Assembly (NCBI GenBank): GCA_964016885.1
Contig: OZ024741.1
Span: 102,796,001-102,860,000, forward strand
Direction of reading: 5' to 3'
From: Eledone cirrhosa
Lineage: Eukaryota
Length of the DNA stretch: 64,000 bases
The notes below the pieces were generated by a model that did no database searches, was not told the DNA's origin, and saw nothing but the letters and a program-made list of their open reading frames with translations. The stretch's first letter is position 1. Each line of letters starts with the position of its first letter. This document shows positions 41,340 to 54,879 of this stretch, one piece after another. A program made the translations under genes and the position numbers.

Positions 41340-42376
41340 ATATATATATATAATATGGCACCTCGAACTGTCAACTACCCTTAGAGTCGGGAAAAGAAGT
41401 TTAGAGCGGCCGCTATGAGGGGTCGCTGAGTTACTGGCTGAGTAAGCCTTTGAGCCAAGGGACCTCTGAATCTTCTTACCGTGTACGTTAATCAGCTGAA
41501 TCAAACGCCCTTTTGAAAATGTAAACACACATCGCATGGGAAGCTTGAACTTACGACGCGCTAAAGGAATGAGCATACTACATCTATATATATATATACA
41601 TGCAAGTTTACGATTCTGTGTATCCGCCTAAAACTAGCAAACTACCGGACCAAATTCCTCAAAATTACATGTACATATTCACTATACACTCGGACAGGTA
41701 ACGGTCGAAAAAGTTTTACTTTGCAAAACAAGGAATTCATTTAAATTCAATTTATCTTATTTTCTAATGAATATCAAAAGAGATCATCCATTTTGTTTTT
41801 TATGTTCTCCAGTCTATAGATAAGAGAGTGAGGGATGGGAGAGATAAAGAGAGAGAGTAAGGGATGAGAGAGAAAGAGAGAGAGAGTGGATGGGAGAGAG
41901 AGTAAGGGGATGAGAGAAAAAGAGAAAGAGTGAGTGGGTGGGAGGAGAGAGTAAGGGGGATGTGAGTGAGAAAGAGAATAAGGGATCAGAGAGAGAGAGA
42001 GAGTGGGAGATGGGCGAGAAAGAGTAAGAAGATGTGAGAGAGAAAGAAAGAGAGTAAGGGGATGAGAGAGAAAGACGATGAAAGAGAGAGAGGGAAAGTA
42101 ACCAGCGTTCTTAACTTTTATTTATTTATTATTTTTACACACTTTTTAACTCTCCCGCTTCCTTAATGTTATTTATCTTTTCTTTATTTTTTGTTCTCTA
42201 TTCCGTAGAGAGAGGGGGCTGTGAGAGGGAATAGAGAGAGAGAGAGAGTAATGAGATGGGAGAGGGAGAGGGAAAGCAGCTAGCGTTCATTAACTTTTAC
42301 TTATTTATTATTTTTACACTCTTCTTAATTCTCTGTTATTTATCTTTTATTTATTTTTTGTTTGCTTTGTCTAGAG

Positions 42377-43074
42377 CAAAGGTTCTCAACGGGGGGCATA
42401 TGCACCCCCGGGGGCGTTTCGGAACTCCAGGGGGGCGTTTGGGAGCAAGGTCGCGTTAGGAGGGCGTTTGGAGCTGGGGGAGGAGGTTTAGGGGGCGCTG
42501 GAAGGCTCTTTATTTTGGTAAGTTTTATAAGCCATATTTGTATGTCTTTGAGACAGCCAGTGTGAATGCATTTGAATGAGCTTGCAGACAGCATAACTAT
42601 AGTCTGACCGCAGCTGTGAGCAGGTGTGCAGGTTTGTCCGGTAATTGAGACGTTAACCGGTAATTGAGATCCTAAAAATGGAAAAACCCACAGTCAACTG
42701 GGTCAAAGACACTTTTAGCGCAGCCAGTTAGAATCTTATTTTTCCTTCACCGATAACAATGTATTTCATGTCTGAAATTATTGACTCAACCGCAACGAGT
42801 TAACACTATGTAGATCTATTTTATTCCCTATTGTATAAATAATATTACAAATAAAAAAAAAGAAAAGAAAAAAACAGAAGCGCACACATCTAGGACCCAC
42901 ATACAACACATAAGCAGGTAATACACACATCTTTGAAATATTGATAATCAATGTTTTAGTAATCTACTGATATAAAAATAGTATATTGAAAAATGGAAAA
43001 ATAGGGTGGGGGGGCATTTCGTGATTTCGAGGGACAAAAGGGGGCGTTTGGCCTAAATGGGCTGAGAACCTGTG
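42377..43074. mobile_element. hAT-type MITE nested in the Helitron
   Basis: TIRs caaaggttctcaac / gctgagaacctgtg; 8-bp TSD gtctagag / gtgtagag. Confidence 0.8.
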
Positions 43075-43649
43075 GTGTAGAGGATGAGTGAGAGAAAGAA
43101 AGAGAGGAGATGAGAAAGAGAAAGAGAAAGGGAGTGAGGCGGATGGGGAGAGAAAGACAATAAGAAAAGAGAAAAGATGGGAGAGAGAGAAAAAGTAAAG
43201 AGGCAGGAGAGAGGGAGGGTGATTGGAGAGATTCTTCTACCTAACGTGTGTCCGCGTTTACACACACATATGTGTGTGTTATGGGGGGGGGGGCATTCTT
43301 TAGCAGACGATATATGTTACCATCAAAGCTTATTTTTTACATATGTCTAAAGAAATCACAGATGCTTTTATAGAAGTTGTATATATATGTATGTATTTAA
43401 CAAAAAAAAAACGCTATTTTAAAAAGATATTATTTGAATATATTATTTTCCGCTGTTATTTGAATTAACACGGAAAATATTTTTTTTGTAGTGTTTGTCG
43501 CGTTTTTGGGATACAATCTGAAATCCTAATATTTTCTACATATGTCTAAAATTAATTACACCTAATATACATTCATATAAAGAGATCATTTAAAACAACT
43601 TTACTGAGTGAACAATACATTCTATAGTTGTTTCTATTTCGGAAAGAGT

Positions 43650-43830
43650 GTGGTGTGTAATAATTGTTTCTACTTTTGGCATAAGGCCAGCAATTATTCC
43701 AGTGCATTACTAGTACTTTATTTTATCGTGTGGTGTGTAATAATTGTTTGTACTTTTGGCACAAGGCCAGCAATTACCCAGTGCATTACTGGTACTTTAT
43801 TTTATCGACCCCGTAAGGATGAAAGGCAAG
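43650..43830 (-). mobile_element. Two tandem SINE family A 3' fragments inside the Helitron
   Basis: aattgtttctacttttggc..aaggccagcaatta..actggtactttattttatcgacccc, twice. Confidence 0.8.
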
Positions 43831-46800
43831 TTTCAGATCATTATATGGAAGGTCATCTTCAGAGGCTAAGAGAAAGAAAACACAGCGATCTGAAGAAAGT
43901 GAAGAAGTTCGGCATGCACGTCTAGCTGCTAGCAGAGCCCAAACAGCTTTAGCACGAACACACCATTTGGATGAAAGGGAACAAAGGACTGCTGTTACAC
44001 GAGAACAACAAATTAAGGAACAGCAGCAAATCAGACAAAATGCTAATCAAGCACATCGTTTCTACTGCCCGAGCAGGAGAACAAGCCACAAGTAAAATGA
44101 ACTGGCTGATGGGTGCTTTTTATTATGACCCCCAAAAGGGCTACAGCAGTAATCCACAAATCAACATTGGGAAAATGAACAAATGCTGCCAGTATTGTGG
44201 TGCCAAGAAGTGGGCAGCAGAAACACCAAGTCTATGCTGCTCAAAAGGCAAAGTGAGCCTTAAAACAATACAAGAACCACCTGAATTTCTGAAGAATTTG
44301 CCCCTTCAGCACACACCAGAAGCACGACACTTCAATAAATACATCATAAAATATAATTCTGCCTTTCAAATTACATCTTTTGGGGCTGACAGGAATGTGA
44401 TTGACTTTGGATTCTGTACAACTTATAAAATTCAGGGACAGTGTTACCACTTAATGGGTGGCCTTCTGCCACTTTCACAGAAGCCTCACAAATTTGTGCA
44501 GGTTTACTTCATGGATGGAAATGAAACTCAGGCATAAAAAAGATGTACCAATGTCCATGGTGGATTGCAGTTCTACATAGTCATAAAGTTACAAGAAATG
44601 CTTCACCAACATCACATGTACGTCAGTATATTTAAATATGCACTGGAGCATATGAACAACACCAGAGATCGTAAAATCATCATTAGGGCAGACAAACGCC
44701 CAGATTCAGAACATGAACGCAGATTCAATGCACCTGTCATTGATGAAGTTGCAATCATAATGGTTGATGAACAGCATGAACGACGTGACATTGTTTTGCA
44801 AAAACAAAGTGGACATTTGGAGCGAATTTGTGAAACTCATAGAGCCTATGATTCACTCCAATATCCGCTCATCTTGTGCAATGGTCAAGATGGATATCAT
44901 TTTCAGCTACGGCAGATCAGCCCAGGAACGGGACAAGAAACTCGCCGATCAATCAGCTGCAAAGAATTCTATGCTTATCATTTCATGGTACGTGATCACT
45001 TCAACCAAGTTCTGCGTTTCAAAGAAGTAACCAGCCAGTTCATGCCAAAATTGAAACAGAAAAATTGGGTTTTCTGCGAAGGAATCAAACTAAGTTGAGG
45101 GCAGATAAATACATCCACCTTAGAGATGCCATCAATTCTGATGTTGACCCAAGAAATATTGGCCAGCCAGTCATACTACCATCAAGCTTCACGGGAGGAC
45201 CATGTTACATGCATGAACCTACGCAAGATCTAATGGCCTATGTCAGAAAATTTGGTCGGTCAGATCGCTTCATTATATTTACATGCAACTCAAACTGGTC
45301 AGAAATATCAAATGAATTATTTCAAAATCAAAAACCAAAGGATCGACATGACCTCATTGCTCGGGTTTCCCATGAAAAGCAAAAGAAAAACTAAAAGAAG
45401 GAAGTATCTTTGGTGAGCTTAGTGCTTGGATGACCACTATTGAGTGGCAGACGAGAGGTCTTCCTCACTCTCACACATTAATCTGGTGCAAGGAGAAGAT
45501 AAGACCAGATGATGCTGATAAGATCATTTCAGCAGAGTTGCCTGATAAAGGTGGTGATCCAGAGCTCTTTGAAACCATCAAGTCCAAACTCATTCATGGT
45601 CCATGTGGAGTCATCAATCCAGCCTCTCCCTGCATGAAAAATTAAAAATGCAGCAAACATTATCCTAGAGTTTTTATTCGGGAAACTAGTACTGACAATA
45701 ATGGATACCCCCTATATCGTAGGCGTAGACCAGAACATGGAGGCAATACTGCAAGCCTAACAGTTCGAGGAGAGGAGCTGACCATAAACAATCAGTGGGT
45801 CGTCCCACAACAAATTGTTGTGTAAACTTTTAAAAGCTGATATCAATGTTGAGTATTGCAGCTCCGTCAAGGCAATCCTATATGTCATAAAATATATCAA
45901 CAAGGGCAGTGACATGGCTACATTTATTACTGACAAAGAACTCAATGATGGTGGGCTGGATGAGGTCAAATGGTATCAAACAGGTCGATACATCTCCAGC
46001 AATGAAGCTATCTGGCGAATCTTTAGATTTGATATCCATGAACGCCACCCAACAGTGATCAACCTCGCAGTCCATCTGGAAAATGGACAGAGAGTGTACT
46101 TCAATGAGATCACTGCTCATCAGTTGGTACAAGCATCACATGACACTACACTAACTGCTTTCTTTAAACTCTGCCAGAATGATGAATTTGCTCGATCCCT
46201 CCTATATGCTGAAGTCCCAACATACTACACCTGGACCAATTGCAAGACCTGGAATCGAAGAAAGCAGGGTCATTTAGTGGAAGGTCACGAAGTCAAGTCA
46301 AGTGATGCTATTGGGCGTGTTTACAATGTCCATCCCAACAACAGAGAATGTTTTTTATTTACGGCTACTTCTGCATACTGTTCGAAGACCAACGTCATTT
46401 GAGGATCTTAGGTGCTTCAGAGGAAGGGAGTGCGCAACATACCAAGAAGCATGTAAACAGCATGGACTCCTGCATGACAATAGACACTGGAAGAAGTGCC
46501 TAGAAGAAGCAGCAATCACTCAAGTAGCCAGTAAAATAAGACACTTATTTGCTATTATGCTTACTGAATGTGGAATTGATGAAGCTCATCTACTCTAGCA
46601 GGAGTACAAAAGCAATATGTCGGACGACTATCTACACCTAGCTCGAAGACATCATGGCAATATGTATATGGAATATACCGCCAGGATTTACAATCAAGCT
46701 CTCTGTGACCTGTCCCATCGAGTTCAGGCAATGAATAGCACATTAGCTAACTGCGGCATGCCAGAGCCAGATGAAGAAATGGAAGTAGCACAAGACATTT

Positions 46801-48211
46801 TTCAGGAGACAAACTACGATATTCAAGCATTGCGTAAGTTTGTGGATGAAAATGAACCTCGATTGATGGATGACCAGAAATACGCTTATCACATCATCGA
46901 AAACATTCAAAATGACAGGGGATGACTTTTGTTCATCGATGCTCCTGCTGGCATATCAAGGCATTCCTCATAAACCTCCTGCTTGCAAAAGTTCGCCAAA
47001 AGCAACATATTGCCCTTGCTGTGACTTCAAGTGGCATTGCAGCAACACTTCTGGATGGAGGAACAACTGCACACTCCATGTTTAAGCTGCCCATAGATCT
47101 CACACGGCATGAACAATCTTTTTGCAACATCAAGAACTCACCCAAGGGCAAGCTTCTGCAAACATGAAAGATGATAATTTGGGATTAAGCTACTATAAGC
47201 CATAAGGGAGCTATTGAAGCTTTGGACCGGACGATAAGGGATCTGAGAGAAAATAGTTGCATAATGGGAGGAGTGACAATGGTTCTTGCTAGTGATTTCA
47301 GACAAACTCTGCCTGTAATTCTTCGAGGGACTCGAGCTGATCAGGTCAATGCCTGTCTGAAAACATCCTATATCTGGCCCCACTTTCAGCTGCTGAGCCA
47401 TACAACCAACATGCGAGTGCACTTAACTGGTGACGAAGGTGTCAGTGAGTTTGTCATCCAACTACTTAAATTGGGAAATGGACTTCTTGAAAAGGACTCC
47501 AATGACCATATTCAGTTGCCATTTGGCCATATCATTGACACAGAACAAGAACTGATTGCCAGAGTGTTTCCAAACATTCAGACCAGGCAATGTGATCCGA
47601 ATTGGCTCTGTGAACGAGCAATCTTAGCACCTAAAAATGTTGTTGTGAAAGAAATCAACAGAAGGCTGCTGGAGATGTTACCGGGAGAGAAAATATGCTA
47701 CAAATCAGTTGACACAATCACTTCTCAAGACCAGGTTGTAAACTATCCAACTGAATTTTTGAACAGTCTTGAACGAGCGGGAATTCCTCCACACAACCTG
47801 ATACTGAAGCTTGGAGCATCGGTTATGCTACTTCGCAATCTGGATCCTCCAAAACTATGTAATGGTACAAGGCTCATCATAAAAAATATGATGTCCAATG
47901 TTCTAGAAGCTGCAATCATGTCAGGAAAATTTGCTTTTGACAATTGTTTCATTCCCAGAATACTGAAGCCAGCTGATTTGCCATTTGAATTTCAAAGACT
48001 TCAATTTCCGATCAGGCTCAGTTTTGCCATGACCATTAATACATCTCAAGGGCAATCATTGAAAGTTGTTGGGTTGAATCTGGCAGATCCTGTCTTTTCA
48101 CATGGTCAACTCTATGTTGGCACAACAAGGGTTGGGAACCCTGATTGTCTCTTAATTGTGGCACCACAGGGCAAAACCAAGAATGTTGTTTATCCAGAAG
48201 CTTTGGAATGA
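43830..48211 (+). pseudogene. Helitron Rep (HUH)/Pif1-like helicase, multiply disrupted
   Basis: [112 protein letters not shown]. Confidence 0.95.
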
Positions 48212-48672
48212 GCAATGTCGTAATTCCTCATTCAATGACCATACACACAGATCCTAATTCCTTAGTCATGTAGTTTGCAAGGAATTCTGAAGCCGCAAAT
48301 TTACTGCATGGTGTTACTTTGGAAGAATATGCAGGCATTCCCGGGTACCTCTGCTATATAAAGTAGTATAAGTGAGGACTTTGTTGGGTAGAAATAGCAG
48401 CCAAATTTCCTTAAAATCCCACCTTACTTTCTCAGGTATGTATATATGTATGAAGCAAAAAGGAATGGTTCTATCTGATAACTCGATCTACTAGAAATAT
48501 GAGCTTTTAAATTAGTCTTTACGTGTTGTTTGAATTTCAGAGGTTCAGATTGAGCAAAAAAGAAAACTAAATGTATTTTTTGGGGTCATGCCCTTTTCAC
48601 TGACAACATACCTAATGATTCATCTATGAATAAAGCATCATATGTGCTGACTGTAATAGGGAGCAGTATTCA

Positions 48673-49282
48673 AAAAATCACCACTGGAAAAAAATAATAT
48701 TTTTATCTAAATGATTTACTTTGACCAAACGGCAATAAATATTCTGCTATAATTCCTACTTTGCTTAAAATTCAGCACTCATATTTGAATGATCAAATAT
48801 TTTGTAATGTGTGCCAAATATATTGTAAGTTTCATAAAATACCCGGGTATCACCGGGTAGTTCAGCTAGTCTTCTATAAATGTCATTCCCACGGCGTTTC
48901 GTTGCTGCGAAATGTTGAGCTTCACATATAATATTTGTTTACATTTTCAAAACGCTGTTTGATTCACCTCCTTGAACCGATCAAAGAAAATTCGTTCGGG
49001 ATTCTAGGGTGTTGTCTCTTTCTGGAGAAAGCGTGTGAGATAGCAGTATGAATCAATCAAATCCTCCACAGAACTTGGTATTTTATTTAAAACCCCAGAT
49101 ACGCAAGAAAGTGGAAGTGCAAAGTTAACATCGCTGGGATTTGAACTCAGAACGTAGAGTGACTGAACATATACAAGGCATTTATATCGGCCGCCTTAAT
49201 GGTTATTTCATTTCAGTTCGTCATGGATAGCTACGAAAGTTGGGGTAAGAAAGAGAGAGCTTTGGAGTGAGACAGAGTTAGG

Positions 49283-49312
<30 letters not shown>
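48673..49312 (+). repeat. Left arm of a ~620-bp young inverted duplication (Helitron 3' end + flank + SINE fragment)
   Basis: Reverse complement of 51299-51924 with few substitutions. Confidence 0.93.
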
Positions 49313-49319
<7 letters not shown>

Positions 49320-49748
49320 GTGAGGTTTTTTTTACAAAATGAAAAATAACCGAGGTGTCTTACACGAGTGAAAGTATAAAGAAAAAGAGATGAAATCGAA
49401 AATGCAACTGGAGTCTTATTTTTTTTTTAAATATATATATTTATTTGGTTCCTTTACCGGTTTCGCAGTTCTTCTGCTTTTCAAAAGGTGAGTTGAGATG
49501 GAGGTTCTGTGGTTTTTCTCACATCTGGTTGGTCTCTGAATGTTACTTGTTTTATATGGAAAAAGTGGCTCGAAATGCCAGGTTTTTCGAGAAGTAATTT
49601 GATTGGTTTGTCAATAATTATAATAAATTTCGCGCCAGTTCGCGTTACAATAGTTCTTCAAATAAGAGGGGGGGTTGTCGCAGGTTGTTTTTTCATATAT
49701 GAGTGTTTGAATTTCTTTTTACTTGAAAAAAGGAGGCTCACGAAGGCT

Positions 49749-49750
<2 letters not shown>
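49313..49750 (-). mobile_element. PLE pLTR fragment of the 11387-12525 family
   Basis: Homologous to 12330-12520 in reverse; bounded by (TA)n. Confidence 0.75.
49451..49488 (-). ncRNA. Minimal type I hammerhead, U3-A8 core variant, all stems intact
   Basis: Minus strand: cctt TTGAAAA gcag aagaa ctgc GAAA ccgg TA aagg. Confidence 0.8.
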
Positions 49751-49792
<42 letters not shown>

Positions 49793-50101
49793 ACCAACCA
49801 TATGCCAATGTGGTTCAATGGCAGGTTAATAAATTAACGAGCCAGAACATATATATAATCAAGGTTTAGCAAGCAAATAAAAAAAGTTTCAAAATAAATT
49901 TTAAAAGATTAACTTTACTCACTATGGTTCCCTTTACCGAATCGGTTTCTAGTCTCAAAAATAAATGGACAGTCCTTACGGCATCCATTGCAAAGATAAA
50001 CTCTCGTCAGCACATCATTTATTTTCTTCTCGGGAATAATTTTGAATAGCGCAAGTTCGTAATTTGAACTCGGGAATTTTATATTCTCCGAGTGAAAAGA
50101 T

Positions 50102-50185
50102 CCTTCTGACGAGAGTTTATCTTTGCAATGGATGCCGTAAGGACTGTCCATTTATTTTTGAGACTCGAAACCGATTCGGTAAAGG
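50102..50185 (+). ncRNA. Type I hammerhead ribozyme, canonical core (unit 1)
   Basis: cctt CTGACGA gagttt..aatgga..cc-gtaa-gg..tccatt..agactc GAAA ccg-att-cgg TA aagg; predicted cut after GUA at 50181. Confidence 0.9.
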
Positions 50186-50583
50186 TAACCATAGTGAGTA
50201 AAGTTAATTTTTTTAAATTTATTTTGAAACTTTTCTTATTTGCTAAACCTTGATTATATATGTTCTGGCTCGTTAATTTATTAACCTGCCATTGAACCAC
50301 ATTGGCATATGGTTGGACAATAAATGTGTCCCTAAGCGCTTTGAGCGTGTAGGGATATATACTTTATTATTATTCTCCTCTTGGTCGAGAAAAAAATTTG
50401 GTCGTTCTGACTGCTGATAGTTATAGTGGTAGTAGACTGACCTCCCTGACTTTGCTTCTAACTTTACACACGGCACTTGATGGAATTGCTTCCACATCAT
50501 TTATTCTCATCTCGGGAACAATTTTGAATTGCGCCAGTTCGTAATTTGAACTCGGGAATTTTATATTCTCCTAGTGAAAAGAT

Positions 50584-50667
50584 CCTTTTGACGAGAGTTT
50601 ATCTTTGCAATGGATGCCGTAAGGACTGTCCATTTATTTTTGAGACTCGAAACCGATTCGGTAAAGG
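50584..50667 (+). ncRNA. Type I hammerhead (unit 2; C3>U)
   Basis: cctt TTGACGA ... GAAA ccgattcgg TA aagg. Confidence 0.8.
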
Positions 50668-51066
50668 TAACCATAGTGAGTAAAGTTAATTTTTTAAAAT
50701 TTATTTTGAAACTTTTTCTTATTTGCTAAACCTTGATTATATATGTTCTGGCTCGTTAATTTATTAACCTACCATTGAACCACATTGGCATATGGTTGGA
50801 CAATACATGTGTCCCTAAGCGCTTTGAGCGTGTAGGGATATATACTTTATTATTATTCTCCTCTTGGTCGAGAAAAAAATTTGGTCGTTCTGACTGCTGA
50901 TAGTTATAGTAGTAGTAGACTGACCTCCCTGACTTTGCTTCTATCTTTACACACGGCACTTGACGGAATTGCTTCCACATCATTTATTCTCATCTCGGGA
51001 ACAATTTTGAATAGCGCCAGTTCGTAATTTGAACTCGGGAATTATATATTCTCCGAGTGAAAAGAT

Positions 51067-51150
51067 CCTTTTGACGAGAGTTTATCTTTGCAATGGATGC
51101 CGTAAGGACTGTCCATTTATTTTTGAGACTCGAAACCGATTCGGTAAAGG
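51067..51150 (+). ncRNA. Type I hammerhead (unit 3; C3>U)
   Basis: cctt TTGACGA ... GAAA ccgattcgg TA aagg. Confidence 0.8.
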
Positions 51151-51298
51151 TAACCATAGTGAGTAAAGTTAATTTTTTTAAATTTATTTTGAAACTTTTT
51201 CTTATTTGCTAAACCTTGATTATATATGTTCTGGCTCGTTAATTTATTAACCTGCCATTGAACCACATTGGCATATGGTTGGACAATACATGTGTCCC

Positions 51299-51924
51299 TA
51301 TATATATATATCACCCTAACTCTGTCTCACTCCAAAGCTCTCTCTCTCTTACCCCAACTTTAGTAGCTATCCATGACGAGCTGAAATGAAATAACCGTTA
51401 AGGCGGCCGATATAAATGCCTTGTATATGTTCAGTCACTATACGTTCTGAGTTCAAATCCCAGCGATGTTAACTTTGCACTTCCACTTTCTTGCGTATCT
51501 GGGGTTTTAAATAAAATACCAAGTTCTGTGGAGGATTTGATTGATTCATACTGCTATCTCACACGCTTTCTCCAGAAAGAGACAACACCCTAGAATCCCG
51601 AACGAATTTTCTTTGATCGGTTCAAGGAGCTGAACCAAACAGCGTTTTGAAAATGTAAACAAATATTATATGTAAAGCTCGAAATGTCGCAAGTACGAAA
51701 CGCCGTGGGAATGAAATTTATAGAAGACTAGCTGAACTACCCGGTGATACCCGGGTATTTTATGAAACTTACAATATATTTGGCACACATTACAAAATAT
51801 TTGATCATTCAAATATGAGTGCTGAATTTTAAGCAAAGTAGGAATTATAGCAGAATATTTATTGCCGTTTGGTCAAAGTAAATCATTTAGATAAAAATAT
51901 TATTTTTTTCCAGTGGTAATTTTT
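51299..51924 (-). repeat. Right arm of the ~620-bp inverted duplication, carrying a second, inverted Helitron terminus
   Basis: actagctgaactacccggtgatacccgggta at about 51728-51758. Confidence 0.93.
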
Positions 51925-51930
51925 ATATAC

Positions 51931-53442
<1,512 letters not shown>

Positions 53443-53859
53443 AGAGTGAGAAAGAGAGCGAAAGAGAGAGTCAGATATCTATGAAAGTGACAGAGCGTAA
53501 ATTAAACAGCTATAAGGTATGTGAGTGTAGGTAATGGTCTCACAAAGAAAAAATATAAATGATAAATAACAAAATATAAAATTCGAGTTAAGTGATGATT
53601 TGGAAAGATATCAAATTGTGAAACAGCTTAATATGCATAAATGTCACGTATAATTAAAATGAACATCAAATTGTTTCTTTGCTTAAGAACATTTGTTGAC
53701 TTTCTACATCTAATATATCTGTTATAGCCTTTAAAATGATCTTGTTAAATTAGTTATTATTCAATGATCTGTACATTTTATGGATGTTTTGGTTTTATTT
53801 TATATTTGTTGTTCTTTTTACAACATTATAATGCCTTATTTAATGCATGGCGTTAAATA

Positions 53860-54340
53860 GCAGGTGGGGTGGTTGGCAAGTTTGATCGAACGATTAACAA
53901 GTTCGCTTCTAATTATAAGTCCTGAGTTCTATCCCACTGCGTTGCTTCTTGGGAAAGTATCATTTACTATGACCTCGGATCAATCCAAGATATGTAAGAG
54001 AAATTAAGTAGACGGAGCCTATTGGAAAGCCCGTTAGATTAACTGTACCTGTAATTTAAAGGGCCAATCTTGTCACATAATGTCGTACTGAATCCTCCTG
54101 AGAATGACGTTAATGATGCATGATCTGTGAAATGCTCAGCCACATAGCCAGTAGTACAAGATGGACTTACAGTTAAAGTCCAAGGGCCAGATTTGTCATA
54201 CATTGTGTCAAGCTGAATCGTCCTGAAAACTATATTAAAGAAACACGTGTCTGTGGAGATTCTCAGCCACTTTCACGTTAATTTCATGAGCAGGCTGTTC
54301 TGTTGATAAAACAAATAGAATATTCATCGTCGAAACCGAC
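53860..54340 (+). mobile_element. SINE-like family B copy with an internally duplicated module
   Basis: aagggcca..ttgtcacata..ctgaatc..ctgagaa..ctcagccac occurs at about 54060 and 54180. Confidence 0.6.
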
Positions 54341-54879
54341 GTGACTGTAGTCCAATTCCATTCCTTTCTCATTCATTCTCACAATAGATGGGAGCATCAT
54401 TTTAGAGATAAATCACACAATGGTTGCAGCAGTTATTGCAATTTATGTTCAATTAAGCAGCTCAAAATACTACCTTTGCCGGTTGAATAGATAAGAGAAG
54501 AAACGTTCTCTTGTTTACACACAAAATACATTGAAATCTTTCAAACATATGTTTGTGTTGGAAGATTTTCAATTATAAATCGGTTGAACATTTGATATCC
54601 GGTGTGAGGAATAAAACGTTTATTGTCACCTTTTTTCTCCCCCTCTCTCCTCTTTCCTCTCATTCTACTCTATTCCTGCTTTTACTTTCTTTCCATCTCA
54701 TGCATTCTACCCTCTCTCATTCTCTTTGCAAAATGTGGCCCTCAAGACTTAAATTCGTATCACATGGTTGAAAATGCGACTTTAAGAAAAGGGAGATGAG
54801 AGAAATTTCAATCTAAATTCTCTCATTATAATTCCGTTGAGAGTCCGAACAGGGATGTCCTCAAGCATACCTTCCAGCG

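Larger units (their letters stand above)
41583..48869 (+). mobile_element. Helitron, about 7.3 kb
   Basis: A|TC 5' end (tctatatata..catgcaag); 3' hairpin tacccgg-gtatca-ccgggta at 48840-48859, then CTAG|T; no TSD; RepHel remnants inside. Confidence 0.88.
49791..51300 (+). mobile_element. Retrozyme-like tandem array: about 2.7 copies of a 482-483-bp monomer, preceded by an inverted partial copy, inserted in (TA)n
   Basis: Equivalent positions at 50081, 50563 and 51046; inverted copy 49791-50010; one hammerhead per unit; no meaningful ORF. Confidence 0.85.

Noticed and set aside
50273-50983. 75-aa minus-strand ORF repeated in two array units
   Set aside because: Conservation is explained by near-identity of the tandem units; no recognisable domain
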